Shown here one piece after another: positions 37,250 through 47,302 of a stretch of DNA of 64,000 nt (positions are counted from its first letter, which is position 1; each line of letters opens with the position of its first letter). Made by a program: the position numbers and the translations under genes. The DNA lies in NCBI GenBank assembly GCA_965220685.1, contig CBDCQR010000004.1:14542-78541 (forward strand), in the 5' to 3' direction. The stretch comes from Alphaproteobacteria bacterium (GTDB lineage Bacteria; Pseudomonadota; Alphaproteobacteria; Bin65). The notes under the pieces are model-generated. The model saw nothing but the letters and a program-made list of their open reading frames with translations. It was not told the DNA's origin and searched no databases.

Positions 37250-39291
37250 GCGGCGTTGCCCCCGTCCCGGTCCGGCGCGATGACGAGCGCGCCGTCGGCC
37301 CCGGCCGCGCCGGCATAGCCGGGATGAACCACCGCCGTCCAACCGTCCCCGGCGACCAGCGCCGGGCCGGCGACCCGGCTGCCGGCCTCCAGCCTGTTTG
37401 TCGCATAAACCGGCGCGGTCAGGAAATTGCCGTCGAGATAGATTCGCTGCTCGCCGACCTTTGCGCCGGAAGCGTCGCCCCGGCCGGACGGCCGCGGCGC
37501 GGACCGGCCCGGCGATGCGCCGTTGCGCCGTCCTGCCGCCCTGCCGCCTGCGACGGCGCGCAGCCGGACCAGTTCGACCGGCGCATCGAGCCGGACCCCG
37601 TGACGTTGCTCGAAGGCAGTCGCGAAGCGGTCCGCCAGGTCGCGCAGGCCCCAGTTGGGCAGGTTCACCGGATCGATATCGAGCGTGAAATCGCTGCCCT
37701 GACCGCGATAGCGCACATCCGCTTCGAAGCGGAGCTGCCGGCCGGTTGCGGACTCGCCCTCCTCGTCCAGCCAGGCGTTGGCGCTGCCGCCCAGCGAATC
37801 GAGAATCTCTCCGACGGTCGCGGCGTTCGTATCGTCGAGCAGGCAGCGGCAGCTGTGCCCGAATTCCTGCCGGGGCTGCGCATCGACAAAGCCGCGGGCC
37901 GACATCGAGCCCGGCCGCGCCGGGATGACGACCGGCCCGTCGCCGCACAGGATGGCGAGCGCATTGCCGTGCAGCGGCCCGGCGCCGCCATAGGCGACCA
38001 GCGGCATCGACGCGATGTCGACGCCGTGCGCCGCCGCAGTCTGGCGCAGGGCGCCGTACAGTTTCTCGTTGGCCAGGTCGCGAACGCCCTGCGCCGCCTG
38101 ATAGGGGTTCACGCCCAGCCGGTCGGCGAGGCGGGCGATCGCAGCCTCCGCCGCGGCGCGGTCGGGCGCAAATCCTTCGACGGACCCGGCCGGGATCAGG
38201 CCGAGCACGAGGTTCGCGTCGGTGAGCGTCGGCCCGTCGCCGCCGAAGCAGGCGGGCCCGCCGGCCGCGGCCTCCGGCCCGACGCGCAGCGCGCCATGAC
38301 CGGTGATCCGCACCGCCGCACCGCCGCCGGCGCCCGCCTGGAGGACGGCGATGGACGGCAGTGTCAGGTTCGCGCCGGCAACCCGCGTCCTGCGGGTCAC
38401 GACCGGCGCGCCGTCGAGAACGATCCCGATCGTGGTCGCGCCGCCGCCCATATCCAGCGCGAGCGCATCGCGGCAGCCGGCATGCGACGCTGCTACGGCG
38501 GCGGCGGCAACGCCCGCGGCGGGCCCGGCATTGAGCGCATCGACCGGCGCGTCGCCGGCATGCACGACCGACATCGATCCGCCGTCGGCGCGCGCGACAC
38601 GGATCTCCGCCGTGGCTTCCAGAGTGCGCAGCGTGTCGGCAAAGCCCTCGAAATAGCGGGTGAGCGCCGGGCGCAGCACCGCCGTCGACACCGCGGCGAC
38701 CGTCCGCTCGTAATCGGCCGATTCCCGGACGACATCGCTGGACAGGACGACCGGCATATCGGCGGCAATTTCGCCGATCAGCGCCTTGAGCGCCCGCTCG
38801 TGCGCCGGGTTCGCCGCGGCGTGGAGCAGCGAAACCGCGATGGCAGTCGCACCGAGGTCGCGCAGCGTCTGGATCGCGTCTCTTGCCCTCGCTTCGTCGA
38901 TCGGCTGCCGGACCTGACCGCCCGCCTCCATGCGCTCGGCAATGCCGAGGGTTGCGACGATGCGGCCGGCCAGCGGGCTCGTCCCCTGGCCGCGGCCGAG
39001 CAGCAGCACATGCTCGAAGCCGGCCGTGACCAGCAGGCCGACGGTCGGACCGCCGGTTTCCGCAGGGTCGAGCCCCGAGACGCCGTGAACGACCGTCGCG
39101 ATATCGCCGGGCGCGACGCCGGCCCCGGAGGCCAACTCGCGAATGCCGCCGGCGATGGCGGAAGCCGGATCGTCGGGGCTGTTCGCCGTCTTGAGCGCGT
39201 GCACCGTCCCGGAATCGTCGAGCAGCAACAAATCCGTGAACGTCTTGCCGATATCGATACCCAGACGATGGGGCATGGAGTTTTCCGTCAT
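37246..39291 (-). CDS. Divergent hydantoinase A/oxoprolinase-like protein
   Basis: GIDIGKTFTD, DMGG, GAGGG, PTLTDAN, YGGAGPLH; several ATP-site motifs altered. Confidence 0.82.
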   Translation of the reverse strand: MTENSMPHRLGIDIGKTFTDLLLLDDSGTVHALKTANSPDDPASAIAGGIRELASGAGVAPGDIATVVHGVSGLDPAETGGPTVGLLVTAGFEHVLLLGRGQGTSPLAGRIVATLGIAERMEAGGQVRQPIDEARARDAIQTLRDLGATAIAVSLLHAAANPAHERALKALIGEIAADMPVVLSSDVVRESADYERTVAAVSTAVLRPALTRYFEGFADTLRTLEATAEIRVARADGGSMSVVHAGDAPVDALNAGPAAGVAAAAVAASHAGCRDALALDMGGGATTIGIVLDGAPVVTRRTRVAGANLTLPSIAVLQAGAGGGAAVRITGHGALRVGPEAAAGGPACFGGDGPTLTDANLVLGLIPAGSVEGFAPDRAAAEAAIARLADRLGVNPYQAAQGVRDLANEKLYGALRQTAAAHGVDIASMPLVAYGGAGPLHGNALAILCGDGPVVIPARPGSMSARGFVDAQPRQEFGHSCRCLLDDTNAATVGEILDSLGGSANAWLDEEGESATGRQLRFEADVRYRGQGSDFTLDIDPVNLPNWGLRDLADRFATAFEQRHGVRLDAPVELVRLRAVAGGRAAGRRNGASPGRSAPRPSGRGDASGAKVGEQRIYLDGNFLTAPVYATNRLEAGSRVAGPALVAGDGWTAVVHPGYAGAAGADGALVIAPDRDGGNAA

Positions 39292-39472
39292 TCCTCCCGC
39301 GCGCCGCCCGGGGGGCTGGCGCGCAGGCGGATAATTCCCAACGCGGCCCGCGCCGTCAACCGATGCAGCGCCCGTTGCGGGGCGACCGATCGGCCCCTGC
39401 GTCGGGGCTTTTTTTCCGAAACCCGGTATGCTGTACTGCCGGCCGTTTCAACAACCGGACCCCGTTCGAGCC

Positions 39473-39991
39473 ATGGCGCAGGTAACCGAGGGCCTACGTT
39501 CCCTTCGATTCTGGATCGTTGTCGTCGGCCTCGTGATCCTGGCGGTCTTCGTCTATTTCTATCCACCCTTCGAGAAACTGGTCAGCGACAGCATCCGGGG
39601 CCTGGCGTCGTCGACCATCGTTTTCTGGTTCGCCGCCTTCGTCGGCGTCGTCGCCTACGTCATCGCGCACTGGCAGTCGTTCCGCCAGCACTTCTTCCGC
39701 CGGGTCAGCGATCTGGACGCTGAAGGGCTGGTCTTCGACACGCTGCAGGTCGCGCTGCTGGTCGCGCTGATCCTGTGCGCCGGAGGGATTCTTCAGCTCA
39801 TCGAAATGCTGAGCCTGCACCTGATCGACAAGGGCACGGTGCTCGACCCGGTCTTTGGGCGCAAATTGCTGGCCATGATCGTTCTGGTGATCCTGGCGAT
39901 CGGCTTCTACCTGCTGCACCGCATGGTGCGCGCCTTCCGCCTCGGCCGCCGCCCCGGCCGCACCCCGCCACGCCGCAGTTCGAGCGCCTAA
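39473..39991 (+). CDS. Uncharacterised 4-TM membrane protein (paralogue of 26084-26551)
   Basis: YFYPPFEKL / VFW / HWQSFRQH pattern shared with 26084-26551. Confidence 0.72.
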   Translation: MAQVTEGLRSLRFWIVVVGLVILAVFVYFYPPFEKLVSDSIRGLASSTIVFWFAAFVGVVAYVIAHWQSFRQHFFRRVSDLDAEGLVFDTLQVALLVALILCAGGILQLIEMLSLHLIDKGTVLDPVFGRKLLAMIVLVILAIGFYLLHRMVRAFRLGRRPGRTPPRRSSSA

Positions 39992-39996
39992 GGGAC

Positions 39997-41013
39997 CTAC
40001 GCGGCCGCCAGCGCGTTGAAGGCGCCGAGCGAGCCTTCGATCTCCGCCCGGTCCATGTCCTGAACGATGAAGACGATGCGCGAGCGGCGGTCGCCGTCGG
40101 GCCAGCCGGTCATGTGGGTCGGCGGATGGACGATGTGCTGGACGCCGTTGATCAAGACCGGGTCGGCGACACCGGCAACGTTCAGCATGCCCTTGACGCG
40201 CAGGACGCGCTCGCCGTGCCGGTTGAGCAGCATGCTCATCCACAGGCCGAACGCCGTCCAGTCCATCGGCCCGTCGAATCGGAGGCAGAAAGAGCCGACC
40301 CCGTGGCTGTGGTCGTGGTCGTGTCCGTCGCCGGAAGCCCCGGCGAATCCGTCCAGCCAGCCGGCGACCTCGCGCCGCTTGCCGCCAGTCGCATAAAGAT
40401 CGTCGGTCAGGAGGGCGTCCGGATCGAGCGGGTCGGAGTCCAGGTCGAGAACCGGCGCGGCGGCGTTGATGTCGCGCACGGCGGCGCGGACGGCCCGGCC
40501 GCCGTCGTCCGCCATCGCCGTCTTGGTCAGCACGAACCGATCGGCGATCGCTGCCTGCTTGACCGATTCGGGATGGCGTTCGAGCTGCGCCGCCCCGTTC
40601 ACCGCATCGATGACGGTGACGGCGTTGCCGAGCCGGAAGTGATGCTGCAGTACCGGCTCGGCGAGGATCGTGTAGGCGATGGGAGTCGGGTCGGCGAGGC
40701 CGGAAGTCTCGATGGCGATGCGCCGGAAGGCCGGGATCTCGCCGCGCGTGCGCTGGGAGAACAGGCTTCTCAGCGCGCCCTGCAAGTCGCCGCGGATGGC
40801 GCAGCACAGGCAGCCGCTGTCCATCAGCAGGACGCTTTCCTCGGCATGCTCGATCAGGTGATGGTCGAGGCCGACTTCGCCAAACTCGTTGATGAGGACG
40901 GCGGTGTCGCGCAGGGCCGGTGACTGGAGCAGCCGGGCCAGCAGGGTCGTCTTGCCGCTGCCGAGGAATCCGGTGACGATGTTGATCGGGATCAGCGTGT
41001 CGTAGGCGGTCAT
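39997..41013 (-). CDS. CobW/COG0523 family GTPase metallochaperone
   Basis: TGFLGSGKTT, INEFGEVGLDH, GCLCC, IETSGLADP, His-rich HDHDHSH, LRVKG. Confidence 0.92.
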   Translation of the reverse strand: MTAYDTLIPINIVTGFLGSGKTTLLARLLQSPALRDTAVLINEFGEVGLDHHLIEHAEESVLLMDSGCLCCAIRGDLQGALRSLFSQRTRGEIPAFRRIAIETSGLADPTPIAYTILAEPVLQHHFRLGNAVTVIDAVNGAAQLERHPESVKQAAIADRFVLTKTAMADDGGRAVRAAVRDINAAAPVLDLDSDPLDPDALLTDDLYATGGKRREVAGWLDGFAGASGDGHDHDHSHGVGSFCLRFDGPMDWTAFGLWMSMLLNRHGERVLRVKGMLNVAGVADPVLINGVQHIVHPPTHMTGWPDGDRRSRIVFIVQDMDRAEIEGSLGAFNALAAA

Positions 41014-41333
41014 CGTGCCGCGAGGCCCGCGAGCAGCGCCGGGTCCAGGGGATCGCAGCCGCGGCCGGTCAGGGCCTCGGCCGCGATCCAGACCTCGGTG
41101 ATGTTGTCGACGATCTTCGAGCGCCCGGTGTGGGTCGACAGCACATAGGACCCGCCGCTGAAATCCGCGAGCTTCAGGCCGTAATGGCCGAGGATGCGGT
41201 TGGCGAGGCGGATGCGCTCCTGGCGCTCGCGCCGCCGGGTCACCTCTTCCCGGCGGCTGGCGAAGGCTTCGGGCGAAGAACTGCTTTCGGTCCAGTGGCC
41301 GCGCCCGCCGAGCACGCCGCACAGGCCGCACAT
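41010..41333 (-). CDS. Small conserved protein with N-terminal CxxC (MCGLCG)
   Basis: 107 aa; stop overlaps the CobW start (ATGA). Confidence 0.75.
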   Translation of the reverse strand: MCGLCGVLGGRGHWTESSSSPEAFASRREEVTRRRERQERIRLANRILGHYGLKLADFSGGSYVLSTHTGRSKIVDNITEVWIAAEALTGRGCDPLDPALLAGLAAR

Positions 41334-41383
41334 GGCGGAGCCGCCGCGCTGCGACTATCCGCCGGGCCGCGCCGGCGCCACGC

Positions 41384-42475
41384 TCAGACGAGCACCGATT
41401 CCGGCCGCGCCGCCCCCTCGCGCGGATAGCGCTGGATGAAATCGTCGGCGATCTCGTCGAAGGTGCACCAGCGCACGCCGGCATGCTGGCTGATATAGTC
41501 GAACACCCGCTCCAGCATCAGCAGGACCTGCGGCCGGCCGGCGACGTCCGGGTGGATGGTCAGCGTGTAGACCGCGTAGTCGTATTCCCGGTAGACCCAT
41601 TCGAACTGCTGGAGCCACAGGTCCTCGATATCCCGCGGGTTGACGAAGCCGAAGCTGTTCGGCGCCGACTTGATGAACATCATCGGCGGCAGGTCGTCGA
41701 GATACCAGCTGCCTGGAATGTCGACGAGGTCGGTCTCGACGCCGCGCACCAGCGGCTTCATCCACTCATCCGCGTTCTTTGAATAGTCGATCTTGGTCCA
41801 GCTGTCGCCGACCCGCGCGTAGAAGGGGTGGAAATCGTTGTTCATCAGGCTGTGGTCGTACTTGATGCCCTTCTTGAGCAGCAGCTCGTTGGTGATCGCG
41901 CTGAACTCCCACCAAGGCGCGACATAGCCGGTCGGCCGGCGGCCGGACAGCCGCTCGATCAGCTCGATGCACTTGTCCAGAACCGCCTCTTCCTGCTCCG
42001 GCGTCATGGAGATGGGGTTCTCGTGGGAATAGCCGTGCATGCCGATCTCGTGGCCGGCGTCGACCACCATCTTCATCTGCTTCGGGAATGTCTCGATCGA
42101 ATGGCCGGGAATGAACCAACTCGTCCGGATGCCGAACTTGTCGAACAGCCGGACCAAGCGCGGCGAGCCGATCTCGCCGGAAAACAGGCCGCGGGAGATG
42201 TCGCAGGGCGAATCCTCACCGCCGTAGGAGCCGAGCCAGCCGGCGACCGCATCGACATCGATCCCGATGGCGCACAGGATGTCCTTCTTGCCGCCGCCCG
42301 AGGCTGCCGCTGCGGGCGCAGGGCGGGTCGGAGCAGCCAGCGGCGGGCCGCCGCCGGGCGCACGGCCGCCCGGGTCAGTCCCCCGGTCAATCAGGGAACG
42401 TGGCTGGTAACGCGGCCCGATCCCGCCGGAAGCGCGGGTCGCCCGCATCGAATCGCTGGTTCTGTCGTCGCTCAT
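41384..42475 (-). CDS. Polysaccharide deacetylase family (CE4, H. pylori PgdA-like) with ~62-aa N-terminal extension
   Basis: [44 protein letters not shown]. Confidence 0.88.
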   Translation of the reverse strand: MSDDRTSDSMRATRASGGIGPRYQPRSLIDRGTDPGGRAPGGGPPLAAPTRPAPAAAASGGGKKDILCAIGIDVDAVAGWLGSYGGEDSPCDISRGLFSGEIGSPRLVRLFDKFGIRTSWFIPGHSIETFPKQMKMVVDAGHEIGMHGYSHENPISMTPEQEEAVLDKCIELIERLSGRRPTGYVAPWWEFSAITNELLLKKGIKYDHSLMNNDFHPFYARVGDSWTKIDYSKNADEWMKPLVRGVETDLVDIPGSWYLDDLPPMMFIKSAPNSFGFVNPRDIEDLWLQQFEWVYREYDYAVYTLTIHPDVAGRPQVLLMLERVFDYISQHAGVRWCTFDEIADDFIQRYPREGAARPESVLV

Positions 42476-42725
42476 GTCACCCTCTTCGCTCGGGTATCGC
42501 AGTAGCCCGGAGAGTGTCGATTTTTGCGCCGAAGCGCAATGGCCGGATATGCGGGCGTTTGGATCAGGCCAAAACGCCGACCGTCATTTCGACCGGAGCG
42601 GCGTCAGCCGCGAAGCTGCGGTTCGCTCCGGTCGAAATGACGGGAAGGGGCGCGCCACACCCGGCCGGAATGCCGAGACAGGACGGGACCATCCCGGGAC
42701 GCGCGCCGACGCCCCGGCAGACCCT

Positions 42726-43802
42726 TTATTCCGCCGCCACCGCCATTGCGCTTTCGGCCGCCACCATCCGTTCGATCTTGCGCCGGGCGTGGATGCGCGC
42801 GCTGTCGTGCTTGATGTCGACCAGCGGGCGCTCGGGATCGGTCTCCAGGCAGGCCTGCTGCCGCTCGACGAAATCGATGTCTTCCAGGAAGGTGTTCCAG
42901 ATCTCCTGGAACAGCTTGTCGTTGTCGGCCTCGCTGCGCGCCATGCAGCCGTTGTTGATGGCGAAGTAGTAGTGGCAGCTGGTATCGGTCTCCGGGGTCG
43001 CGCCGTGATAGATGCGCAGCGAGAACCCGCCGTCCTGGTCCCGGTTCTCGCGCGCGCCGCGGCCGCTTTCCAGCGCGCCGGTCCATTGCAGCACCGTGAT
43101 CGGCGCGACATATTCGAATTCCTGCCAGCGGTCGACCTTCGCGCCCTCGGCAAATCCGGCCGCCTTGACATAGGTCGGCGGCGGCTGGATGCCTTCCATC
43201 CAGCGGATATAGTGGACGCCGGTATCCGTCCGCTTCGTGATCATCTCGGCATTGACCTGGCCCATCTGGTCGCCGCCGCCGATGGTCTTGCGGTGGATGT
43301 AGGGGATGTGGGTCAGGTCCATCAGGTTTTCCATGACCAGCATGTAGTTGCACTTGAGGTGCATCCGGCCGTAGCGGACCGGCCAATTCTCGGTGTCGTC
43401 GTTCCACGGCCAGTCGATCAGGGTCGTATCGTCGATCCGCTCCGGATCGCCGGTCCAGAGCCACACCATGCCCTGGCGCTCGACGACCGGATAGGCGCGG
43501 ACGCAGGCCTGGGGCGGGATGCTGTCCTGGCCGGGAATGAAGACGCATTCGCCGTCGCCGTTGAAGGTCAGGCCGTGATAGCCGCATTCGAGGCCGCGGT
43601 CGGTAACCTCGCCGAGAGAAAGCGGCGTCGCCCGGTGGCTGCAGCGGTCTTCCAGCGCCGCCGCCTTGCCCGCCCGGTCGCGGAACAGCACGACCCGCTC
43701 GTTCAGGATCGTCCGCGCAAGAGGCTTTTCGGTGACTTCGTGAGACCAGGCGCCGACATACCACGCGTTGCGCGGGGCCGGTAGCGTCGCGATGTTGTGC
43801 AT
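42726..43802 (-). CDS. Rieske non-heme iron oxygenase alpha subunit (VanA/demethylase-like)
   Basis: CSHR...CGYHG Rieske motif; [12 protein letters not shown] iron-binding motif. Confidence 0.9.
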   Translation of the reverse strand: MHNIATLPAPRNAWYVGAWSHEVTEKPLARTILNERVVLFRDRAGKAAALEDRCSHRATPLSLGEVTDRGLECGYHGLTFNGDGECVFIPGQDSIPPQACVRAYPVVERQGMVWLWTGDPERIDDTTLIDWPWNDDTENWPVRYGRMHLKCNYMLVMENLMDLTHIPYIHRKTIGGGDQMGQVNAEMITKRTDTGVHYIRWMEGIQPPPTYVKAAGFAEGAKVDRWQEFEYVAPITVLQWTGALESGRGARENRDQDGGFSLRIYHGATPETDTSCHYYFAINNGCMARSEADNDKLFQEIWNTFLEDIDFVERQQACLETDPERPLVDIKHDSARIHARRKIERMVAAESAMAVAAE

Positions 43803-43981
43803 CGATTGCCCTCCGGAATCGGGTTCGCCGACAGCCTATACCAACAGGCGGGCGGGTCAAAGCGGGGAAAGCCGGCCTTCCGGGCAGGCCCGTCATGCGT
43901 CGCCGCTGCCGGTTCACCGGCGGACGGCGGCGGGCTACATCCTCAACCGACCGACAAACCCTGGAGCAGGGGCGAAACACG

Positions 43982-45382
<1,401 letters not shown>

Positions 45383-45405
45383 GGCGCGGCGCCGCACGAC
45401 CCGCG

Positions 45406-45627
45406 ATGGCAGAGCATCCGGTCGAGAAACGCTCGGTCACGATCCGTGGCCACCAGACCAGCGTGTCGCTGGAGGCGCCGTTCTGGGAAGCGCTGAAAGA
45501 AATGGCGGCGGCCGAGGGCCGCTCGCTCGCCGGCCTGATCGCGGAAGTGGACGACGCGTCGGACGGCAATCTGTCGAGCGCCCTGCGCCTCCACGTTCTG
45601 GCGTGGCTGCGCGGGCGGCTTACTTGA
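45406..45627 (+). CDS. Ribbon-helix-helix protein (RHH_4)
   Basis: KRSVTIRGHQTSVSLEAPFWEALKEMA, NLSSALRLHVL; usual neighbour of fumC in Alphaproteobacteria. Confidence 0.88.
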   Translation: MAEHPVEKRSVTIRGHQTSVSLEAPFWEALKEMAAAEGRSLAGLIAEVDDASDGNLSSALRLHVLAWLRGRLT

Positions 45628-46090
45628 GCACGCCGGGCCAGTTCTTATCGGCCTTGCGGATGTAGCCGGGGATGTCCCGCTTCCAGGTCCGCTGCACGCT
45701 GCGGTCGTAGTTGAGGTAGAGCCTGCCGTCGACGACCGACCACTGGTCGACCTCGATCTTGACGGCGTAGCCCTGGGCGACGCCGTAGGCGCAATAGCCG
45801 CCGTATTGCGGCGCCCAGCGCTCCGGATCCTGCCGGAATTTGTCCCGGTTGGCGGCACTGGAGAAATACCAGGTCGCGCTTTTCCATACGTGGGTGAATT
45901 CTGGCTTGCCGGCGACCGGTTTGCCTTCGGTGAAATAGGCGACCGGGTCGTAGCCGCGGATCGCCATGCCGCCGGGCGCGAAGATTTCCGGCTTGGCGGC
46001 GGTCGCCGGCGCGACGGTGTAATGGCCCGCAAGGGCCGCGACTGGCACGGCGAGGGCTGTGGCGAGAAGGAAGCGGCGGGAGAGAGTCAT
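45620..46090 (-). CDS. Exported YHS-domain protein
   Basis: Signal peptide; AIRGYDPVAYF, PQYGGYCAYGVA, RLYLNY. Confidence 0.85.
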   Translation of the reverse strand: MTLSRRFLLATALAVPVAALAGHYTVAPATAAKPEIFAPGGMAIRGYDPVAYFTEGKPVAGKPEFTHVWKSATWYFSSAANRDKFRQDPERWAPQYGGYCAYGVAQGYAVKIEVDQWSVVDGRLYLNYDRSVQRTWKRDIPGYIRKADKNWPGVLK

Positions 46091-46333
46091 CGGGGCCTCC
46101 GCACGGCACGGGGTTCGGGATCGGTTTCCATGTGGGTATCGCGAACCGGGCTTTCAGCACAAATCGACATAACAGCGCTGTGAAACCGGCGTGCGCCACC
46201 CGCCGCGCGACGCGGAGTCAGGGTTGATCCGCCGCCGGCCGCCTCTAAAACACAAGCCGATTGTCGCTTTCTTCCGCCCGTCGCGGAGCACGAGGGAGAT
46301 ATCGGAGTGAGAGCCCGTCGCTGGGTCGGCGCC

Positions 46334-47302
46334 ATGAGGCCGGGCGAGACGCTGCCCGGCCGGAGCCGCGCCGACAAGAGGGGATCGGAGGTCGAAAGCA
46401 CGCCCGCCGCGGACGCGGCCGGGCTGCGCGGCCGGCTGCGCGCCGTGATCGACGGGCCGCATTTCCAATGGACGGTCACCGCGCTCATCACCGTCAACGC
46501 GCTCACCCTCGGCCTCGAGACGTCGAAGGTCGCCATGGCCCACGCCGGCGGGCTGATCGCCGGACTGGACCGGATCATCCTTGCCGTCTTCGTTCTGGAA
46601 ATCCTGCTCAAGATGGTCGCCTACGGGCCGGCCGGTTTCTTCCGGCGCGGCTGGAACGTCTTCGATTTCGTCATCGTCGGCATCGCGCTGGTGCCGAGCG
46701 CCGGAGCCTTCTCGGTCCTGCGGGCGCTACGCATCCTGCGGGTCCTGCGGCTGGTCTCGATCGTGCCGGCCATGCGCAAGGTCGTGCTCGCCCTGCTCGC
46801 CAGCATTCCCGGCGTCAGTTCGATCATGATGCTGATGGTGCTGGTCTTCTACATCTTCGCCGTGATCGCGACGCGGCTCTATGGCGAGACCTTCCCGCAA
46901 TGGTTCGGCACGGTCGGCGAGAGCATGTATTCGCTGTTCCAGATCATGACCCTGGAAAGCTGGTCCATGGGCATCGTGCGGCCGGTGATGGAAACCTTCC
47001 CGAACGCCTGGCTGGTTTTCGTGCCCTTCATCCTCGTCACCAGCTTCGCCGTGCTCAACCTGTTCATTGCGGTGATCGTCAACGCCATGCAGGAGCAGCA
47101 GGCCTACGATCTCGAAGAGGCCCGCGACACGCTCGAGCAGGACATCGCGGAGCAGACCATGAAGCTGACCGAGGAAGCGAAGGCGCGGACCGAGATACTC
47201 GGCCAGAAGGTCGACGCCCAGACCGAAGAGCTGACGGCGGAGATCGGCGCGCTCAAGGCCGAGATCCGCGAGCTCAAATCCCTGCTGGCGGAAAAACCGT
47301 GA
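46334..47302 (+). CDS. Bacterial voltage-gated sodium channel (BacNav, 6-TM), copy 1
   Basis: S4 LRALRILRVLRL, filter TLESWSMG, S6 NLFIAVIVNAM, long C-terminal coiled coil; start codon uncertain (46307 or 46334). Confidence 0.9.
   Translation: MRPGETLPGRSRADKRGSEVESTPAADAAGLRGRLRAVIDGPHFQWTVTALITVNALTLGLETSKVAMAHAGGLIAGLDRIILAVFVLEILLKMVAYGPAGFFRRGWNVFDFVIVGIALVPSAGAFSVLRALRILRVLRLVSIVPAMRKVVLALLASIPGVSSIMMLMVLVFYIFAVIATRLYGETFPQWFGTVGESMYSLFQIMTLESWSMGIVRPVMETFPNAWLVFVPFILVTSFAVLNLFIAVIVNAMQEQQAYDLEEARDTLEQDIAEQTMKLTEEAKARTEILGQKVDAQTEELTAEIGALKAEIRELKSLLAEKP

Noticed and set aside
34256-39723. Very long plus-strand ORFs (34256-37318, 36868-39723)
   Set aside because: Antisense shadows of real minus-strand genes in high-GC DNA; Arg/Gly/Ala-rich with no motifs.
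45620-46090. Selenoprotein (YHS family members are sometimes so annotated)
   Set aside because: No in-frame TGA; the ORF has Cys in GGYCAY.
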